This document shows positions 24,796-37,835 of a stretch of DNA of 64,000 bases, piece after piece. The translations under genes were made by a program, and so were the position numbers. Under the pieces are notes generated by a model. That model did not search any database. It had not been told where the DNA came from and worked only from the letters and a program-made list of their open reading frames with translations. This stretch comes from Octopus bimaculoides. Taxonomy: Eukaryota. Positions within the stretch are counted from its first letter, which is position 1. Each line of letters begins with the position of its first letter. The stretch is taken from the NCBI RefSeq assembly GCF_001194135.2, contig NC_068981.1, positions 160,370,722-160,434,721 on the forward strand, written 5' to 3'.

Positions 24796-25125
24796 TTTCT
24801 TTTTTGGAACAGTGGATCTTGAGGCACATAGATCTATAAATAATAGCATATAGATATTGAGTTGAAAAATCTCCTTTGGATAGAACAAGTTGAAGGCTGC
24901 CCATAGGACTTGACACCACATCTCCTGTAGAGTTGGTGGACATTCTACTAGTGGACCAAATTAATCTTTCAAATTTCTACATTCATTTCAGAAGCTTTAT
25001 TCTTCTTGTCTACAGAGTATCTAAGTGTGGTTATTTTTTCTGTCCAAAAGGGTTTCCAAGCCAATATTTTCATGCTCTAAGTTTTGGCATTATGCTCTTC
25101 AAGATCTACTGTTCCAAAAAAAAAG
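24796..25125. mobile_element. ~330-bp element bounded by ~35-bp inverted repeats (MITE-like)
   Basis: tttcttttttggaacagtggatcttgaggcacata (24796-24830) against tatgctcttcaagatctactgttccaaaaaaaaag (25091-25125): about 29/35 complementary. Confidence 0.55.
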
Positions 25126-25152
25126 TATTTTGTGTGTGTGTGTACGTGCATG

Positions 25153-25560
25153 CAGAGACATGGCTGTGTGGTTAAGAAGTTCACCTTCCAACCATATGTT
25201 TCATGGTCAGTCACACTGTTTACCACCTTGGGTAAGTATCTTCTACTATATCCCTAGACTAAGAAAAGCCTTGTGAGTGGATTTAGATGAAAACTTGCCA
25301 AAGCCCATTGTATGTGTGTCTGTGCCTATGTCTCTTTGTTTTGACATCACATGCTAGTTGAAAATGGGTGACACCATCACACCTGTACTCTCATTCATTT
25401 GTAACCTTCCATGAAAACATGTCCAGACACAGGTAAATATTACCTTGATTGGAAATAGGCGGGGGTTGGCAATAGGAATTGTTTCTAGCCATAAAATTCT
25501 GCTTCAATAGATTCTTACTGATCCATGCAAGCGTAGAATAATGGACATTAAAATGATGAG
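25153..25560 (+). mobile_element. tRNA-SINE with RTE-like tail
   Basis: Same head as the 21088 family but a different body ('gacatcacatgctagttg...ggaaataggcgggggttggcaatagg...catgcaagcgtag...ggacattaaaatgatg'). Confidence 0.75.
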
Positions 25561-26589
25561 TATATATATTTAATCAACTGAAAGTTACAAAAGTGATTCA
25601 AGAGCAGAGAGCTTCATGCATAGCACTTATCAAACTGACTTCAATTCTGGCAGCTTCATTCTTATATAGAATGAATTAGAATTTCTAGAATGTTTGATTA
25701 AACATTAATATTGAGGAGAGGTCACATGAAAATTACAAAATTTTGAATAATCTGCTCATTAAACAGAAAGTTATTTGGAGAGAAAACAAAATGCAGATAC
25801 CAGCTGTCGCACACATATTAATGTATGTACAAACTCAAATGTACGATACATATTTAAGTTTATACATGCATTAATTTTCACATGTGAATATATTCATATG
25901 TTAATATGTAAATACACCTAAATATTGTGTCAACAGAAATACAAATGCATGTACATATTTTCCTATGAATACACACATGAGCTAAATGAATGCGCACGCA
26001 CACGCATATATACATATGTACATATCCTTACACATAAGCATGCACACACACACACATATGCATACACATTGTTCAAAGTACCATGTAGTGGAACTGAACC
26101 CAAAACCACATGATTGCAAAGTGAGTTTCTTAACCATCCAACTATGCCTGCATTTATTGTTTACTTATTTTGTAAAAATAATTGGGGGTTTTTTTTTTGT
26201 TGAAATAAAGAAACAAGACAAAGGGTGACTATTTGCCTATGATAATAGATTTATCTATTTTGTTTTATTTAATTATGTTTATTTGTTAGCTTATATTCAG
26301 TTCATTAATGAATAAATTTATCTATGTGTTAGATAGAAAATAAAGTTTAATTAATTAATTAATTAATTAATTACTTCATCAGGCAAATAAAATATCTATC
26401 TTTGTTTAATTCAAAAGTAAGTAAATATTTGTTTTCTTATTTTATAAAGTAAAAGGATTTTATTCATTTTTGGCCAAAGAAATAAGAAAGTAGAAATAAA
26501 ATGTAAAGGAAGATGTGATAGTAAATTTGTATATTTATTTTGTTACTCATCAGTAGGCATTATTAGCAAAGGAAAGGGAGTCTTTCAAA

Positions 26590-27470
26590 GCATGCAACTG
26601 ACAGAAGGACCAGCCATTTTTAGTTGACAACAGTGTGATAGATAGATTAGACATTGTAGTGTACAGGAAGACATCATACATAACGAATGGTGTAGCAGCA
26701 TTATAGTCAATCGTTACAAGGGCAAAGGAGATGCTTTAACCCTTTAGTAATCAAATTACTCTATCAAATGTAATGCTTGTTTAATCATACTGTTTTTAAT
26801 TACTCATGCATTTTCTCATAGCTTTTGAGGTTTTGATGATGTGATTGCATATTTTTTAGAATGACATTGTAGGATAGGTGCTAGAGGCTGGAACTGGTTG
26901 GTTTTGAATATAAAACAGGTAGAATATTTGACCCTGATATGGTTGGTTTAAATACTAAACAGTTAAGAGGTATCAAATTGCTGGGACATTCCATGAAAGT
27001 TACAAAAAGAAGAGAGTTAGACAAGATGTGATGCTTTTTTTTTTAAGCTAGGGAGAAGTACTACTGATGCTCTCTTCCAAGTTAGGCAACTACAGAAGCA
27101 TTTAGCCAAAAGTAAACCATTGTACTTGGCTTTTGTTGACCCAGAGAAATCCTTTGAAAGAGTCCCTCACTCCATGATCTGGTAGTCACTGCAGAGGCTA
27201 GGCATAAACTGAATGGCTGTTGAGAGCCATTAAAGCCATGTACAGGGGTGCTGTCAGCAGGTGAGAGTTGGCAATGACCACAGCAACAAATCCAGTATGC
27301 AAGTAGTAGTTCACCAGGGCTTGGCTCTCAATTCCCTCCTGTTTATTATAGTGTTCCAGCTCATAACAATGCAGTTTATGACCAGTTGCCCATGGAACCT
27401 CCTCTATGCTGATGAAATTGTTCTTATAGCTAAATCTGAGTAGAATTAGAAAACAAATTCCAGTATACTC
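26590..27470 (+). mobile_element. Decayed RTE-clade LINE reverse transcriptase fragment
   Basis: Motifs EWCSSIIVNRYKGKGDAL, STTDA, LAFVDPEKSFERV, VVVHQGLALNSLLF and WNLLYADEIVLIA, with many stops and frameshifts. Confidence 0.85.
26740..26962 (+). mobile_element. TTAA-flanked MITE, family A, nested in the RTE
   Basis: TTAA at 26736-26739 and 26963-26966; ends ccctttagtaatc / aatactaaacag. RTE similarity resumes after the right TTAA. Confidence 0.8.
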
Positions 27471-27981
27471 TGTAAAGTGCTTGATGTTCGGAAGGGTATC
27501 CACCCATAGAAACTATGCCGAAGCAGACATTGGAGCTCAACACAGTCCTCTGGCTTAGCAGATCTTGTCAAACCAACCAATCCTTGCCACCATGTAATAT
27601 AGACATTAAGTGAGCTTCATTCAGTTTCTGTCTGCTAAATTCATTCACAAGGCTTTGATCAGCCTAGTTTGTAGTAGAAAACACGTGGCCAAGGTGTCAC
27701 ACATCCTATTGAATAATAAGATGGTGGGACCTGCAGTTATGCTTCATTTATCCAAATATTGCCTAAAATGAGACAGTTTTCTACTTTTTATGAAGAGATT
27801 ATTGTCCTTATTACTGTCATTGATGTACAGTTTGGTTGGATAACGCTGGACATAAGGCCAGATGGTCATGTAACTGCTTAAATAGTAGTTGCCTTGAAAA
27901 TTAAGGTTGTTTTACTGAAGGTGTCATGTGACACCATGGATAACAATTAAGTGTTATGTCTATGTATCTATCTAACTAGTT

Positions 27982-28037
<56 letters not shown>

Positions 28038-28529
28038 ATAAAATTAAAACATTTACGTTTTAATATATTCTTTCACCTCAGCCACCATCTGGCATATACA
28101 GGTGCTTACAATTATCAAGTATATATATATATATATGTATAATGTGTCAGTTCACTACAGCTGTTTCCTTTGAATTTTTAATGGAGATATTAAATCATCA
28201 AAAAAAAACCATTTACATCAGGTAATTGACACATTATCCATCTGTTATTTATTTATTATTCACCTCACTCAGAGCCTGCTCCTTATGTACATCCAAAGCA
28301 TATTATGGACCATACAGTTAGTACAATGTGCATTTCTTGATTAGTCTCGGGGGGATATTGATATACTCAGTCAGGTAAAACTAATTGTATACATAACCTG
28401 AATATCTTTCTGTCTGTACTTCAGTACCCGCATATGTATTCCTCTGTTTTTGTTGTACACATTTTATTTTTCAACCAGACTCAGTGCCTTACCATTTAAG
28501 TGCTTGTTTCACTTCAATCCTGATCTATC

Positions 28530-28581
<52 letters not shown>

Positions 28582-28643
28582 TATGTATATATTCTTTTAT
28601 TTGTTTCAGTCATTTGACTGCAGCCATGCTGGAGCACTGCCTT

Positions 28644-28653
28644 NNNNNNNNNN
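28644..28653. other. 10-N gap with an identical 43-bp sequence on both sides
   Basis: ttgtttcagtcatttgactgcagccatgctggagcactgcctt occurs just before and just after the Ns; probably an unmerged contig overlap. Confidence 0.85.
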
Positions 28654-28812
28654 ATTTGTTTCAGTCATTTGACTGCAGCCATGCTGGAGCACTGCCTTTA
28701 GTCGAGCAAATCGACCCCAGGACTTATTCTTTGTAAGCCTAGTACTTATTCTATCGGTTTCTTTTTGCCGAACTGCTAAGTTACGGGGATGTAACTATAT
28801 ATACATACATAT

Positions 28813-29043
28813 ATCATCAAAATCATCATCATCATCATCATCATCATCGTTTAACGTCTGCTTTCCATGCTAGCATGGGTTGGACGATTTGACTGAGGAC
28901 TGGTGAAACCAGATGGCTACGCCAGGCTCCAATCTGATTTGGCAGAGTTTCTACAGCTGGATGCCCTTCCTAACGCCAACCACTCAGAGAGTGTAATGGG
29001 TGCTTTTACGTGCCACCAGCACGAAGGACAGTCAAGGGGTACT

Positions 29044-29046
<3 letters not shown>
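28813..29046 (-). mobile_element. RTE 3'-tail-derived element nested in a SINE
   Basis: (ATC)n followed by 'gtttaacgtctgctttccatgctagcatgggttggacg...ggatgcccttcctaacgccaaccactc'. Confidence 0.85.
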
Positions 29047-29097
<51 letters not shown>

Positions 29098-29414
29098 TAC
29101 GACGGGCTTCTTTCAGAGTCCGTCTACCAAATCCACTCACAAGGCTTTGGTCGGCCCAAGGCTATAGTAGAAGACACTTGCCCAAGGTGCCACGCAGTGG
29201 GACTGAACCTGGAACCATGTGGTTGGTAAGCAAGCTACTTACCACATAGCCACTCCTGCGCCTATATATATATGTATCTTTGTATAAATACATGTGTGTG
29301 TGCATGTACATATATACATTTAAATGTTTGTATCTATCTATCTGTATATGTATATATGTGTATGTGCATATGTATGTACATATATATATATATTGTGCTT
29401 AAATGTACAAGTGA

Positions 29415-29738
29415 AGGCACATGGCTTAGTGGTGAGGGTATTCAACTCATGACCGTAAGGTTATGAATCCGATTCCTGGTGGTACAATGTGTCCTTGAGC
29501 AAGACGCTTTACTTCACATTGTTCCAGTCCACTCAGCTGGTTAAAATGGGTTGTACATGTGTATTTCAAAAGGGCCAGCCTTGTCACATTTTGTTTCACT
29601 CTGAATCTCCCTGAGAACTATGCTGTGGGTACATGTGTCTGTGGAGTGGTCAACCACTTTCACGTTAATTTCACAAGCAGGCTGTTCTGTTGATCAGATC
29701 AACTGGAACCCTTGTCATCATCACCAACAGAGTGCCAG
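29415..29738 (+). mobile_element. tRNA-derived SINE (third family)
   Basis: Head 'ggcacatggcttagtggtgagggtattc', followed by 'gtgtccttgagcaagacgctttacttcac...ccagtccactcagctgg', a central motif typical of conserved-domain SINEs. Confidence 0.7.
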
Positions 29739-31269
29739 TATTTATATATGTACATACTAGCATGGAAAATAGGCATTAAATGATATGTGTAAATGTTTGT
29801 GTGTGTGTGTCTCTCTCTCTCTCTGTAGATATATATATATGTAAGTGTTGGGCAGTGTTCTTCTCTATGTGTGTGTGTGTGTCTCTCTCTCTCTCACTCT
29901 CTCTCTCTATATATATATGTGTTTGTGTGTGTGTGTCAACATCAATCTTTGAATGACCTTCTTCCATGCCGGCATGCAGATAGAACATTAAATATATAAA
30001 AAAAAGTATATAACAACACAGATATTGAAATATTACCTGAGAGAGAGAGAGAGAAATTATCCATTCTATTTGTGATGTTCAAATTACCACATAAGTAGAG
30101 GTGTAGAATTTTGTGCTGTGGATTGAGTTCTATAGACTGTCATTGTCTAGGTGAGAGGACATGTGAGAGGAGTAATTGGATGTAGTCCTGTGATGCATTG
30201 TGAGTCTTAGGAATGGTTTATTGATAGTATCTATCGGCCCTCAATCAATTCTAGTCAATTGTAAATTGTTGGCTTGTGTTTTTTTTTTCTCAGAATATAA
30301 TTTCTTTTATCCAAAGGTTACTGATATTGCATGTCCTTGTTCATGTTCCTACTCACACATATGATTACTAACTTAGTATCTATCAAAAATCACTGTCTTT
30401 ATTTCTGTCTCCTTTCAATAATTCTTATTCTTTCTAATTCAAGCCCTTCTCCGTCATCTTCAAGTGTTTTATCTCCTCTCAATTCTTCTTATTCTTTTCC
30501 TCTCATTCACAGTTTCTGTTTCTTTTTGTGTTTGTTGTTAGTTTACAGCACTTCTTTTTTCCAGTTCATGTTGATCATTGACTTGTTTTTCTTCTTGCGA
30601 TAATTGTGGTCTTTTTGTCGTTCAAAGACAGACTGTTTCTTGGGGAATATGGCTGACTGACTTTGTTTCACATCTGTCTTTCCATACTGGTATGTGTTAG
30701 ATGGATGCTTATTGAGATATTGTTTTGCAGCCCGATGGCCTTTCTTTACCAGTTTTTAAACTAAGGGAATTTTTATTCCACTTGTTCTCAAAAGTGCTGA
30801 GCTAGATGAGGATTTATTGACAGGGAATATCAACATAACATCACTGTTTTTTGCTCAATACTTTCATGTGAGGATGCAGAATGTAAACATTTACAGAGAC
30901 AGATGCATACACATGTGCAGCATGCATGCAAACTCGCATACATGCATGTGTGTGTGCATGTATTACTGACACTCATCATCTCTTACTCTTCTTCTTCCTC
31001 CTCCTCCTCCTCCTCCTCAATCCACTTCTATTTCCTTCACTTTTACTCTCAACTGATGTTCACCATTAACCATACTTTCATCTATATGCTCCACTCATTG
31101 CAGTCACCTCTATCCCTGTCTCTAACCATTTATCTGTCTCATTCCACATTCTCACAAACTTACCTGCTCACCTATCCTTTCCTCTCCTCTATCCTTATTC
31201 TTTCTCTTATATCCACCTATTCACCAAGAACACCTACCACCACTACAGTAATGATATCCTAAAGACAAG

Positions 31270-31553
31270 GTATCATATAAAAAGCATTGGCACAGGTGCC
31301 ATGTAAAAAGCACTAGTGCTGGTGCCATGTAAAATGCACTGGTGTTGGTGCCGCATAAAAATTACTGGTGATGGGGCTACCTAAAGAGCACCTGGTACAT
31401 TAATTAAATTGGTTGGTATTAAGAAGTGCCTCCAGCTGTAGAAACTAAGTCAAAACAGACTATGGAACCTGGTACTGTTTCTGGCCTTGCCAACTCCTGT
31501 AAAGCTGTCTCACTTATGCCAGCATGGAAAACGGATGTTAAATGATGATGATG
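31270..31553 (+). mobile_element. RTE 3'-tail-derived element with ~26-bp internal tandem units
   Basis: Repeats of 'ggtgccatgtaaaa(a)gcact(a/g)gtg(c/t)t', then 'ccagctgtagaaac...gcatggaaaacggatgttaaatgatgatg'. Confidence 0.75.
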
Positions 31554-31938
31554 ACAAGTCTTGTGCCTTGAGAGTATATCCTCACCATCTCTTTTTCTCC
31601 CTTTCCATGTTGGGAAGCTGTGTATCTCCTCTACTGCAAGACACCTATTTCCGTCCCTCATAATTTTAACCTCTTAACACCTAGCACACAGCTGTCCAAC
31701 CCATCCAGCATAGAAGATGCTAAATGATCATGATATACCAGGTTTCTTTACAGTTTCCTTCTATCTACTCTGTTCCCAAGTTTATTGGTCAACCCAAGGC
31801 TTCAGTAGGAGACCAAGGTGCTATGCAGTGAGATAGAACTGGAGACCATGTGGTAACAAAAGTAAACTCATAACCTTGTCTCTGCCAATACTTCTTTTAT
31901 CTAATTATATGCTTGTGTGCATGAATATATGTATCTAA

Positions 31939-31987
<49 letters not shown>

Positions 31988-32965
31988 TAAATGCCTACAC
32001 ACACACATACACACAGTCACATATATACATGCTTGTATACAACATACACATAACTATGCCTTAAGTTAACCACCTCCTATGTCTAATTCTATTCAAATTT
32101 ATGCCTTTCATCTTTGATTCACTTAAATCCAGCTTACTTATACACACACACACACATCAATATCCAAACATAAACATTCACATATATACACACATGTGCA
32201 TGTCCATACACACTTTCTCTCTCTCTCTCTCCCTCCTTCTCTCTCTCCTTCTCTCTCTCCTTCTCTCTCTCTCTCCTTCTCTCTCTCCTCTCTCCCCACC
32301 CTCTCTCTCTCTCTCTCTCTCTCTCTCGTCACTAACCAAAGCAAGACAATACTCTCCTCCCTGCAAGTTGTACCATATCCTTCTTCTACCTTCCCAAATC
32401 TTTGTACATGTATGGAACCCCTCCTGCAATAGCCCTCTTATTAGCTAAAACCCTTTTGTTCTGATTGAACCAACAGAGCTAAAACTTATAAGTAAGTCAC
32501 TTTTGATATACAAATTATGTTTGACTTGACAATTGGTGTTGAGTTCTACATCAGATATGGTTTTTGTCAATGTTTAACATCCCCCCATATATGTTGAATG
32601 TCTATGCTATAAATTCATATCATATCCAGTGGTTTGCTATGTATAAATGTCTTAATTTGTAATGTGGCCATTATTATTCCTATATTTAGTTTGTTAGGTT
32701 GATGTTTTTCTTTAATGTTACTCTTTTCTGGAACCTGTTTTTGTTTTTAATCAAGAGTTACTATTTATAATCAAGAAAAAAAAAAAAGAAAAAGGCTAAA
32801 TGAATATAAAAATAACCTAAAAATTCTGTAGGTGTGTATAAGAAAAATTGTGGGAGTGAAAAAAAAAAGAAGTCTTTTACAAAAGAAAATTTGTTTCACT
32901 TAAATGATCGATGTTAATTGATTCAGATAGTATTTAAATCAATAGTAGTATTATATTTGCAAAAG

Positions 32966-33033
32966 GCAAGTTTCAAGTGGTACTGGTTGAACCTTCTGGG
33001 GGAATGCCAGATATCGATGAAAATACATTTTAA
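32966..33033 (+). CDS. Candidate terminal exon of an unidentified gene
   Basis: Weak acceptor 'ttatatttgcaaaag|'. Phase 1 reads (x)KFQVVLVEPSGGMPDIDENTF*, with G/C-rich first codon positions. Confidence 0.25.
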
Positions 33034-33799
33034 TGTATCATCATTATTCCATTCACTGGAATTATGAACTTGATCTTCAAGTATCAGAGCAGGATTGCTT
33101 TGCTACCAACTCATTATTTCATGTTTTAACAAACTTTTTTTTGATGTTTTTATATAGTTTATATTTTGATTTTGATATCATACTAAAAGTAATATCAAAT
33201 GACTTAGTTCATTTGTTTTGTTTGTTTTTACAATTACTGAGGCATTGTTTTACAGCCAGATGCCCTTCCTGCAGCCTACCCTTATCTATTTTGTCTTTTC
33301 AACTTAAGGAGTTTTCATTCCACTCATTTCAAAAGCACAGAGCTATTGGATAATTTGTTAACAGGGAAATGGTAATAGATGACGGCATCCATACTTCAGT
33401 GATTTTTCAAATTACCAAATATAAGCATTCACACTGACACACATATACACATACTAAATTCACTTACAAGACATTGGTTACCCCAGGGCTACAGTAGAAA
33501 ATACTTATCCAAGGTGTGACACAGAGGGACAGGACCTGAAACCAAAATTGTGAAGTGAATTTTGTTAACCACAAACAGTCATGTCTGTATTCATTTCATA
33601 AATATAGTAAGGAAAGGTATAAACAAATTTAATACTCATTTATTAAGTGTCCAGTGTTGCTTATAAGAGTGCAGTGCACTAGGGGATGAGGGCTTATATG
33701 GTAACTAGATGTTGGATCTTCTTTGTATCAAGTATATCAACTTGTCACTTATTCTAGTACAACAGTAATGTCCAGAGATAAGATTTTTAAAATATCAGT

Positions 33800-34170
33800 C
33801 ATTGGATTGTTGCCATGTTGGGACATTACCTTGAAGGGTTTTAGTTGAATCAATTGACCCTAGTACTTATTTCACTAATTTTTTTAAAGCATGATACCTA
33901 TTCTATCAGTCTCCTATGCCAAACTGCTATGATACAGGGATGCAAACAAACCAACTTCGCTTGTCATGTGGGAGTGGAAGACAAACACAAAGGCACACAC
34001 ACACAGTGGGCTTCTTTCAATTTCTGTCTACTGAATCCACTAACAAGACTCTGGTTGGCCCAGGGCTATACTTAGAGGCGTTACCTACTCAATGTGCCAT
34101 GCAGTAGTACTGAACCCAGAACCATATGGTTGGAAAGTGAAATTATTACCACTCAACAATGCCTGCAGCT
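33800..34170 (-). mobile_element. Composite tRNA-SINE
   Basis: Same head and body as 23745-24128. Confidence 0.75.
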
Positions 34171-34912
34171 ATGTATTAATTTTCTTGTTTCCTTCATTTA
34201 CTCTACTATTTTAAAAAGAAATAGGTCAATTTTTCCTCATCATAAATAAATTACTTAAGGTTTCTGATAATTACAATGGTTTCCCAACAAATCTAGCCAA
34301 ACAATTGAGTTCCCAAAATGAAAAATATAAAAACAGTCTCGGCATTCTAAGAATAAAAGTTCTACTATGAGAATTTTTATCTGAAATTTTTTTCCTTCTT
34401 TTTCAGCTCTTATGTGTCACTTAGAACTTGATTTTCATGTTATTTATACAGTAAAAATCAATAAATGTATTGGAAAAAATAGAAATATTATTAGACAATG
34501 GTAAACATGGGCATGCAGCGATTCCATACATCTTAGTGTGTGTTATAAGTTTTAATAAATGCTAAGATAGTCAAACCATATAAAACCATTCTGTAGTATG
34601 TTTTCAGTCAGTCTTTATTTTCTGTTATTCATTTTATAGTCTCGTTATAGAGATTAAATATTGAAGGTTAATGGTCATATAGTTTCATTTTATTTTATCG
34701 TGTTCATTGATATAGTGTATATTCTAGTTAACTGCTTGTCTTAGAACTGTTATATTCCACTCTGTGGTTGCTGTGTGGTGTTTACCTATCATATTTTAAG
34801 TTTGCCACTTACAACTAGTCAAGTTGCATCTAACATACTGAATGTAGTTAACCAAAAAAATGTTTATTTAATTGAAATTACACTTGTAAGGAGGAAGAAA
34901 AATTATTAGCTT

Positions 34913-35217
34913 TTATCTTTTATGTAGTTTCAGCCATTGGACTGCAGCCATGCTGGTGTACTGCCTTGGAATGTTTTTTAGTCGAACAAATTGTCCCCAG
35001 TATTTAAATTTTAAGTCAAGTACTTATTTTGTTAGTCTCTTTTATCAAGCTACTAAGTTACAGGGATGTGAACAAACCAACATCAATTGTCAAGGGGTGG
35101 AGGTGGGGGGCAAAGACAGGTGCAAAGAGACATATTTCAACGTATGTGTGTGTGTATGTATATATATATGTGTATGTATATAAGTATATATGTGTATATG
35201 TATATATGTGATATATA

Positions 35218-35255
<38 letters not shown>

Positions 35256-35650
35256 AATATGTGTACATATATATATCATCATATAAATATATATATGCCT
35301 ATATATATGTGTATATATGTATGTGTGTTTATATATATATATGTATACAAGTATATATATATATGTTTATGTGTATATATGTATATATATATGTATATAT
35401 GTGTGTGTGTGTATATATATATGTGTGTTTGTGTATATGTATGAGTGTATATATTTGTGTACATATGTGTGTATACATCTAAGTGTGTGTCTTTGTACCT
35501 GTATTTGTCCCCACCCCCAACACAGGCTTCCACATAGTTTCCGGCCCTGGATTATACTGGAAGCTATTTGCCCAAGGTGCCACACACTGGGACTGAACCC
35601 AAAATCATGTGGTTGCAAAGAGTGGACTTCATGACAACACAGCCATGTCT
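34913..35650 (-). mobile_element. Composite tRNA-SINE with a greatly expanded internal (TA/TG) microsatellite
   Basis: Body ~34913-35140, ~330-bp TA/TG tract ~35140-35490, head ~35525-35650. Confidence 0.8.
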
Positions 35651-35675
35651 GTGTCTATATGTTTTTTGTTAGCTG

Positions 35676-35708
<33 letters not shown>

Positions 35709-37584
35709 ACTTTTTGCAAAGAAAATAACTTCAAAATCCAAATTGATTAAAAACTGCATGGAGCATGCAATGGGGAGCTAGCATTATTATTTGGCAGTAT
35801 GAACATGTTTTGGTCATATTATATTTCCTCAACTAAGCATAGTATTATATTTAACAGATGCCAAAATAATATGGTGTATTTATTTAAAGACTGTTGTTGA
35901 TCACTACTTATATTTCTTGGATATTCTTCTGAATAGCCTTTAAAACCAAAAGTACTCCAAGGTTTATTTTTTTGTTTTTGTAGCTATTCCAGTGATTTTA
36001 TGCCATTTTCGTCTATCACATTATTTGATTTTGCCTATGCTATTACTTAGGATTATGTGTCATGTGTCAGGCAATTGAGTAAGATTAGTATAGTAAAGAC
36101 AGAATGTAATGAGTTGAATGTTTTTGTCATGCAAGAATGCTACTGAGAAGAAACTTGACAAGATTGCAATCCTTTCCTGAAAGGCTGCATGTAACAATTG
36201 ATGCAGAAACAGAGAAAGTGGTTGCTTTGCTAAATATTACTGCAGTCTGTTGTTTGTATAGTTGTAATTTATAATATTTAGATCTTGTAGATAGTTAACA
36301 GCATCTCATGAATGAATTGTTTCATGGTTATAGTAAGAAAACTAAATCTTCTGGATGCAAAATGAGTTCAGTTGAGATTGTAGAATTTCTAACAGATGGA
36401 AAGTGTTGTTAAACACTTGTCATATGAAATCTGATCTGAAATGTTTGTGTAAATCCCCAAGTTCCTTATTAGTAGCTCCATATTTGCATTTATTAAAGGA
36501 GCTCTGTTAGGTTACATCTCATTAACTCTGAGTGTCTTCAAAGTTCCATTATATTCTCAATATTTATTCCATTAATGTTAATGATCCATTATCTCCAATC
36601 TCCTTTACTCATTTGCTAGGAGTATAATTTGAAATCCCTATTGACTTTAAAATGTTACAATGTGATGGTCTAAAACTTAGGATTCTTTTCTTTTAACACG
36701 ATTAACTTAAATGTTCCATGTTTAATGAGAGATAAACTCAAATGCCACTTGTCTCTAAGAAATATTACAGCATTAACCTCACTTTTTTTAAATATGTACA
36801 GTGCATGGTTAAAAGATTCTCTTCAATACTGATGTCAAATCCTGATAGTTTTCCTAAATTTTCAATTACCATGATTACATAAAAATGATTCACTTAGCTT
36901 TCCAAAATTAAAATTTTTGGTTTACTTTAAATCTGAACAATTTGTCTTAATTATATAATGTAAAACTTAAATTTTAGTCAATTAACAAGTGCTGTTTTAA
37001 TATATTTCATGACAAATCTACCTCAATTATTAATATTTTCTTTATATCCAGAAATGGAAAAATATCATCAGTTTGATTGGCAACTATAGTTTGCCAATTA
37101 TATCCAACCTAATCTTTCATCTATTTTTACTAATCTCTACTCCTCACAATTCTTTCAACCTACTTGAAAATTCTGTTTCACTCCAGATCATTTTAGCCAT
37201 TACCGTCCCATTTTAATTTCAAGCACAGTGTGTCTAGGATAAGTGTGTCTTTGGAGACCTAGTTTTTTTTTATGTAGGAATCTACAGAGACTACACCATT
37301 GACTGGTTTCCCCAGTGATTTTTTTCCTGATCCATAGTTAGACTTGAAGTAAACACAGTAAGCAACTGAACCACTAATTAAATCTATAATTCACTAGTGA
37401 ACTATACCACCTTACAATATCTACTTAAGACTAAGTGAATGTAGTTATTGAGTGTTCATTAATCTAAATCCGACATTACCACTACCCAGGTATTCCTGTC
37501 TCTTGGCCTAGGAAACTTTAGGAGTTATGGGCACTGCACCTTCTCATCAAACTAAAATAAATTCTATTGAGTGACTCTGTGTGT

Positions 37585-37586
37585 TT

Positions 37587-37645
<59 letters not shown>

Positions 37646-37687
37646 TGCTGTTGTTGTTGTTGCTGCTGCTGTTGTTGCTGCTGCTGC

Positions 37688-37724
<37 letters not shown>
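37585..37724. repeat. Compound trinucleotide microsatellite (TAG)n-(TTG/CTG)n
   Basis: Directly visible in the sequence. Confidence 0.97.
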
Positions 37725-37726
<2 letters not shown>

Positions 37727-37835
37727 GCCACATGTAAGTCCTGACTGAGTCTACTTAGATGAAAAGCATTCTAACCATGAATATTCTGTCTTTTCCTTTT
37801 TCTTTTTTCAATATTATGTGCCTAAGACAAGGTTA

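Larger units (their letters stand above)
28591..29262 (-). mobile_element. Young composite tRNA-SINE
   Basis: CpGs retained (gacgggcttc, cacgcagtgg, cctgcgcc). Head at 29100-29262, body at 28591-28800. An RTE-tail element sits in its internal microsatellite. Confidence 0.9.

Noticed and set aside
24521-24827. ORFs spanning the second gap
   Set aside because: Mostly X residues from Ns.
26346-26373. (TTAA)n run as piggyBac excision footprints
   Set aside because: Indistinguishable from a simple tetranucleotide microsatellite.
28601-28698. Apparent perfect 43-bp direct repeat
   Set aside because: It straddles a 10-N gap inside one SINE, so it is most likely an unmerged contig overlap.
32101-32448. 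LSLS/RERE ORFs
   Set aside because: (CT)n microsatellite.
33033-33353. 106-aa ORF
   Set aside because: F/L-rich composition from T-rich DNA, and it partly overlaps a repeat-like motif.
35058-35634. Several overlapping YIYI/VCVC ORFs
   Set aside because: Dinucleotide microsatellite translation.
36400-37200. Possible ancient CR1/L2 remnant on the - strand
   Set aside because: Only a faint 'ELG(I)Y' resemblance across frameshifts; not supportable.
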